Assembly: GCA_049999805.1 (NCBI GenBank)
Contig: JBNGIO010006223.1
Span: 62,636 to 98,530 of the forward strand
Origin: Folioceros fuciformis
Taxonomy: Eukaryota
Reading direction: 5' to 3'
Length of the DNA stretch: 35,895 bases
The position numbers were made by a program, and so were the translations under genes. Each line of letters begins with the position of its first letter. Position 1 is the stretch's first letter. The notes below the pieces were generated by a model. The model ran no database searches and had not been told where the DNA came from. It was given only the letters and a program-made list of their open reading frames with translations. This document shows positions 32,430 to 35,895 of the stretch, one piece after another.

Positions 32430-35134
32430 TCACACAATCACTTCTCTCAAAGCCGCTATCAGGGCCTTCGGGTCGTATATCACCCCGACCTTGTCATCGC
32501 GCATTGAATCAACCGTCACCTGCAGGAGCGACCAGATCATTGCCACACGCACGAATAATGAGGCCGAAGATAAGAAATGAAGATTGTCACCTTACCACAT
32601 TAGTTACGCCAATGCCCGCCAACATTTCCAGATCCAAAGCAATCTCTCCGTCCTTCGGGACCAACATCACAGACACATACGTCGATGGCTGCAAACAGGA
32701 TATGGCAACTTAGCCAAAAACCTGGTGGCTACGAAGTGCAAATTTTTTCCACTCCACAACAAATTATGCGCGACGTAGTCATACCGGGTGATTCAGGGAG
32801 TTATCTTGATCATCACAGTACTTTCGGTTCAAAGCGTCAGCGAGGGAGACCACAAAGTCCGATGCCATCATTCCCTTCGTCTCTCGGTCATAGGTACCAT
32901 TCAGTATGAACACCTGAAAAGTTGAGAAATGGACAAGCTTCAGAACCTGGAAACGTCTTTCACTCATTTTCCCCCAAATAACAAAAGAAACCGTCCCATA
33001 ACCGAAGGAGCATTGCCAAAAAACGAAGATGGAGAACACTCGTTCTAAATACTTGCAACAATTACTACCTTGGGACACATTTGTCTAGATATTGCTTCTC
33101 CAACGCCTCGCAACACCTACACAGGGTGGATGAAAACTCAATTTCAAGAAGCTGCCAGGTGCTCCGACATCACCGAATGCCTAGGTACTGACCAGAGACG
33201 GACACACAGACGTGTAGAAAGACCCCATTCCAAATATTATGGCGTCCACCTGGGACAGCTGCTCAAGCACGGTTGCATTGACCGTTGGGTAGACCTACAA
33301 ATACCCATGACGTTGCATTATGTTAGGTGACGACAATTGTGGCAGCAGACACAAGTGAAATGAAGAGAAGGCGCATGGTAACCTCATGTAAAAGATTGGT
33401 GCCCTCGCTTGACATGTAGAAGATTCGCTTGATAGGAGCTGGAAGCGGAGGAGATGCGTGCATGACCTAATTGAGCAACCACGTCCAAAGTAGAGAAGGG
33501 AGTTAAAAATCACACTTGTTGGCCGTATACAGTGGGCATCAACCTAAGAACCTCACCTTGTTGACAGTGTGCGACAATTCACCAGCCAATTTCTCAACCA
33601 CAGGGTGCGATATCTCATTCTGGCCCCTAATTATGGAGCCATCCTGCCACGGTACGTAAGTTTTGGAGTCAGAGACCATAGATACCAGCCCCCAGGCGAC
33701 GAAAATACTCACTCAAGGGAAACAAGTGATGGAAAAGCAAATGGCACCCACATGTAGCTCACAACCAAGTGTCAGCCTATCGTTAGTGCATATCGCAGGA
33801 AGCACAAGGCTCTCTGCAGGAATCTGAGAAACACGTGAATACAGAAAAATGGCTGCATCTAAAGAACCAAAAAAAATTCGAGCGCCAGCAAAGAAAAAAT
33901 TGCCGATGCTGCAAGCAAAGACCTGCAGCAAAGTTAGAGACCAGACGCTTTTTAATCAAGTCGCAAAGGGAGGATGGAAAGCAGGGCCGTGATATGATGA
34001 AGCACACACGAGCAGCTTGTAACATGGTGCACAAAAGAGGGAAAAGATATGAAAACTGACCTCCCATTGGAGAAAAGGAATCGATCGTAAGAGCGCTGAA
34101 GAATCTGCACCAGGTGCTAGACTGTGTGAGTGCGTGGTGACGGGGTAAGAGTGCAGTGAGCTAAAATCGAATGACAAGAGAGGCAGAATTGGAATGCACG
34201 AAACCAATTCCCACCTGACTCTGAAAGTGGACGAGAAATGCGCGGATAGTTTCCCTGTAAGGCCCAGACACACCCTCCCACAGCGAGTGCTGTCCTTCCA
34301 CAATCTCGTACCTGCAAATGTGCAAGAAAACTGGTCGTCAGTCCAAACATGCGGCAGCCTGGCGCCGGACTGCCGCAGCTGAGAAAAGACAAGCCCTACC
34401 ACTCAGCCTTGGCCCTGATGTCATCAATCGGGAGCCGATGGCCTAAAAGTCGCCTCACGGCCAAGGCCTCAGCCGAGCCCTCGTCAGAAAGGCGCATGCA
34501 CCGGGACCGAATGTCTCCGACAGCAGGGCCTCCTGCGGCAGAGTGCACGGTACTGTGTGAAGAAGCGCCACACTCATCGTCCAGCAGAGTAGTGGATGGG
34601 AAAACGGGGACGCACCGAGCACACGCACAATCTCCGCCGTGCTGCCCCCATCGTCCGAGACAGGCAACACGTGCGCGACGCGGGTGGTGAACTTCTTCAA
34701 TTCCTCCACCACCCCGTTGAACGCCGTCCCACCTGTACCCAAGCCAGGTGCGGTGAGGGTGAGGCTGCCAGCCCGGTTCACCCAATCAGGCTTGGAGCAG
34801 GAGTCGGCGCGGGCCTCTTTCCCGGTCCGACTGACGTACCGGAAAACACCACCATCGAAGGCTGGTGCATGCGCAGAGGGCGCGGCGGCATGAGGTCCCC
34901 TAGAGCCCCCATGCCAGAATCCTCCTGCGGCAGATCAGCAACGGACTGCGGAGACGGCATCGGCATGGGCACGATGGGCAGGGCGCCTGCGCCATGCAAT
35001 GCCCGCCTCCTGCATTGCCACGGCCATGCCGGGAACGCAGCAGCGCGTGCCGCAAGAACGCGAAGGTGAGGAAAGGGAATAGGAGTGGGAATCGCAGCGG
35101 GCGGGCGCCATCCGGGCCGCACACCAATGTCCAT
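32430..35134 (-). CDS. UPF0052 / YvcK(GlmR)-CofD-related protein (yeast YNL011C-like, Arabidopsis MEE18-like), multi-exon
   Basis: Spliced exons: MVVFSG|GTAFNGVVEELKKFTTRVAHVLPVSDDGGSTAEIVRVLG|GPAVGDIRSRCMRL, SIGNFFFAGARIFF, GQNEISHP, PIKRIFYMSSEG, AIIFGMGSFYTSVCPSL|VLRGVGEAI, LNGTYDRET, YDPKALIAALREVIV*. The start codon is provisional (MDIGV at 35134). Confidence 0.88.
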
Positions 35135-35789
35135 GTCCCAGCCGGCCGGCCATGGAGCCTGTGGCATCGGACAGAACGTGTGTCCACTCCGGCTCCACAC
35201 TGGACGGAACCACCACCCCTCAAAGCAGCAGCCCGAAAGCATGGATCGATTATTCATTTCATACGTCTGCAGCATCTGGCCCCCTCCCTCCGGTAACGGA
35301 ACAGCTCCCGTTCCGTCACGATGCAGCTGGAAGTGGGGCCCGACGGCTCTAGACCTCCGTCGTCGGCTTCTCCTCTTCCCGAGGACGAAACGGTCAAGAG
35401 TGCATTATTGAGTCTCAGCAAACGGCTGAAATGAAGAATTCACGAGTCGCGGGGTGGGTCACTACGGCCTTGGTAGGTACTAATGGGGATTTGACGCGTC
35501 TCTTGTTGCTGTGGCCAAAGGAAGGAAGGCAGGAAGCAGCAATCGTGGCTTCCTTTTTAGGGCGGCTGGTCTCTACTCCCGAATCCTTCACGAACATTCG
35601 GCCTGCCCTTCGTGGGACCCTCCTCCCTTTGGGTAGCTCTTAGAGTCGGTTCCACCCGCGGTTAGGCAGTACATAAATGTCCCTGCGCCGCGTCGAGTAG
35701 TATTGTGTTGTCTGCTCCTTTCGCCTCCCCCGCCACTCTGTCTGTCGCGGCGTCGGATTTTTCCCCGTTTCCCGCTTTTCTTCGCAGAC

Positions 35790-35895
35790 ATGGCTCCCAA
35801 GGTTTATGGAATGGCGGGATCGACCTGCACCGCCCGGGTGCTGGCCACTCTGTACGAGAAGGGGGTGGAGGAGGTGGAGCTGGTACCGATCAACC
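35790..35895 (+). CDS. GSTF: Phi-class glutathione S-transferase, 5' end only (runs off the window)
   Basis: MAPKVYGMAGSTCTARVLATLYEKGVEEVELVPIN matches the KVYG..ST..RVL..L.EKG N-terminus of plant phi GSTs. Confidence 0.85.
   Translation, partial: MAPKVYGMAGSTCTARVLATLYEKGVEEVELVPIN

Overview
Gene-dense land-plant nuclear DNA with short GT-AG introns. It is most consistent with a compact non-seed plant genome such as Selaginella (inference from gene density, intron size and protein divergence). Left to right: isopentenyl-diphosphate isomerase (-) head-to-head with plastid ribosomal protein PSRP-3/Ycf65 (+); a divergent ASI1-like RRM gene with an internal 40-aa repeat (-); a frameshifted LRR receptor-like protein (-); two intact, divergent Argonaute genes arranged tail-to-tail (+ 12331-17124, - 17898-22904); a transposon block (MULE transposase relics, a Ty1/copia LTR-PBS-gag folded into a ~615-bp near-perfect inverted repeat, small tandem repeats, a 10-N gap); an intronless 820-codon ORF fusing methylthioribose-1-phosphate isomerase to methylthioribose kinase (-); a UPF0052/YvcK/CofD-like gene (-); and the start of a phi-class GST (+). 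Best leads: (1) the MTI-MTK fusion; (2) the Argonaute pair, both with DEDH tetrads, short N-termini, unusual MID loops and a shared PIWI-loop insertion resembling a monopartite NLS; (3) a potentially LTR-driven hairpin-RNA locus upstream of one AGO. Exon models were traced by hand and no database search was run.
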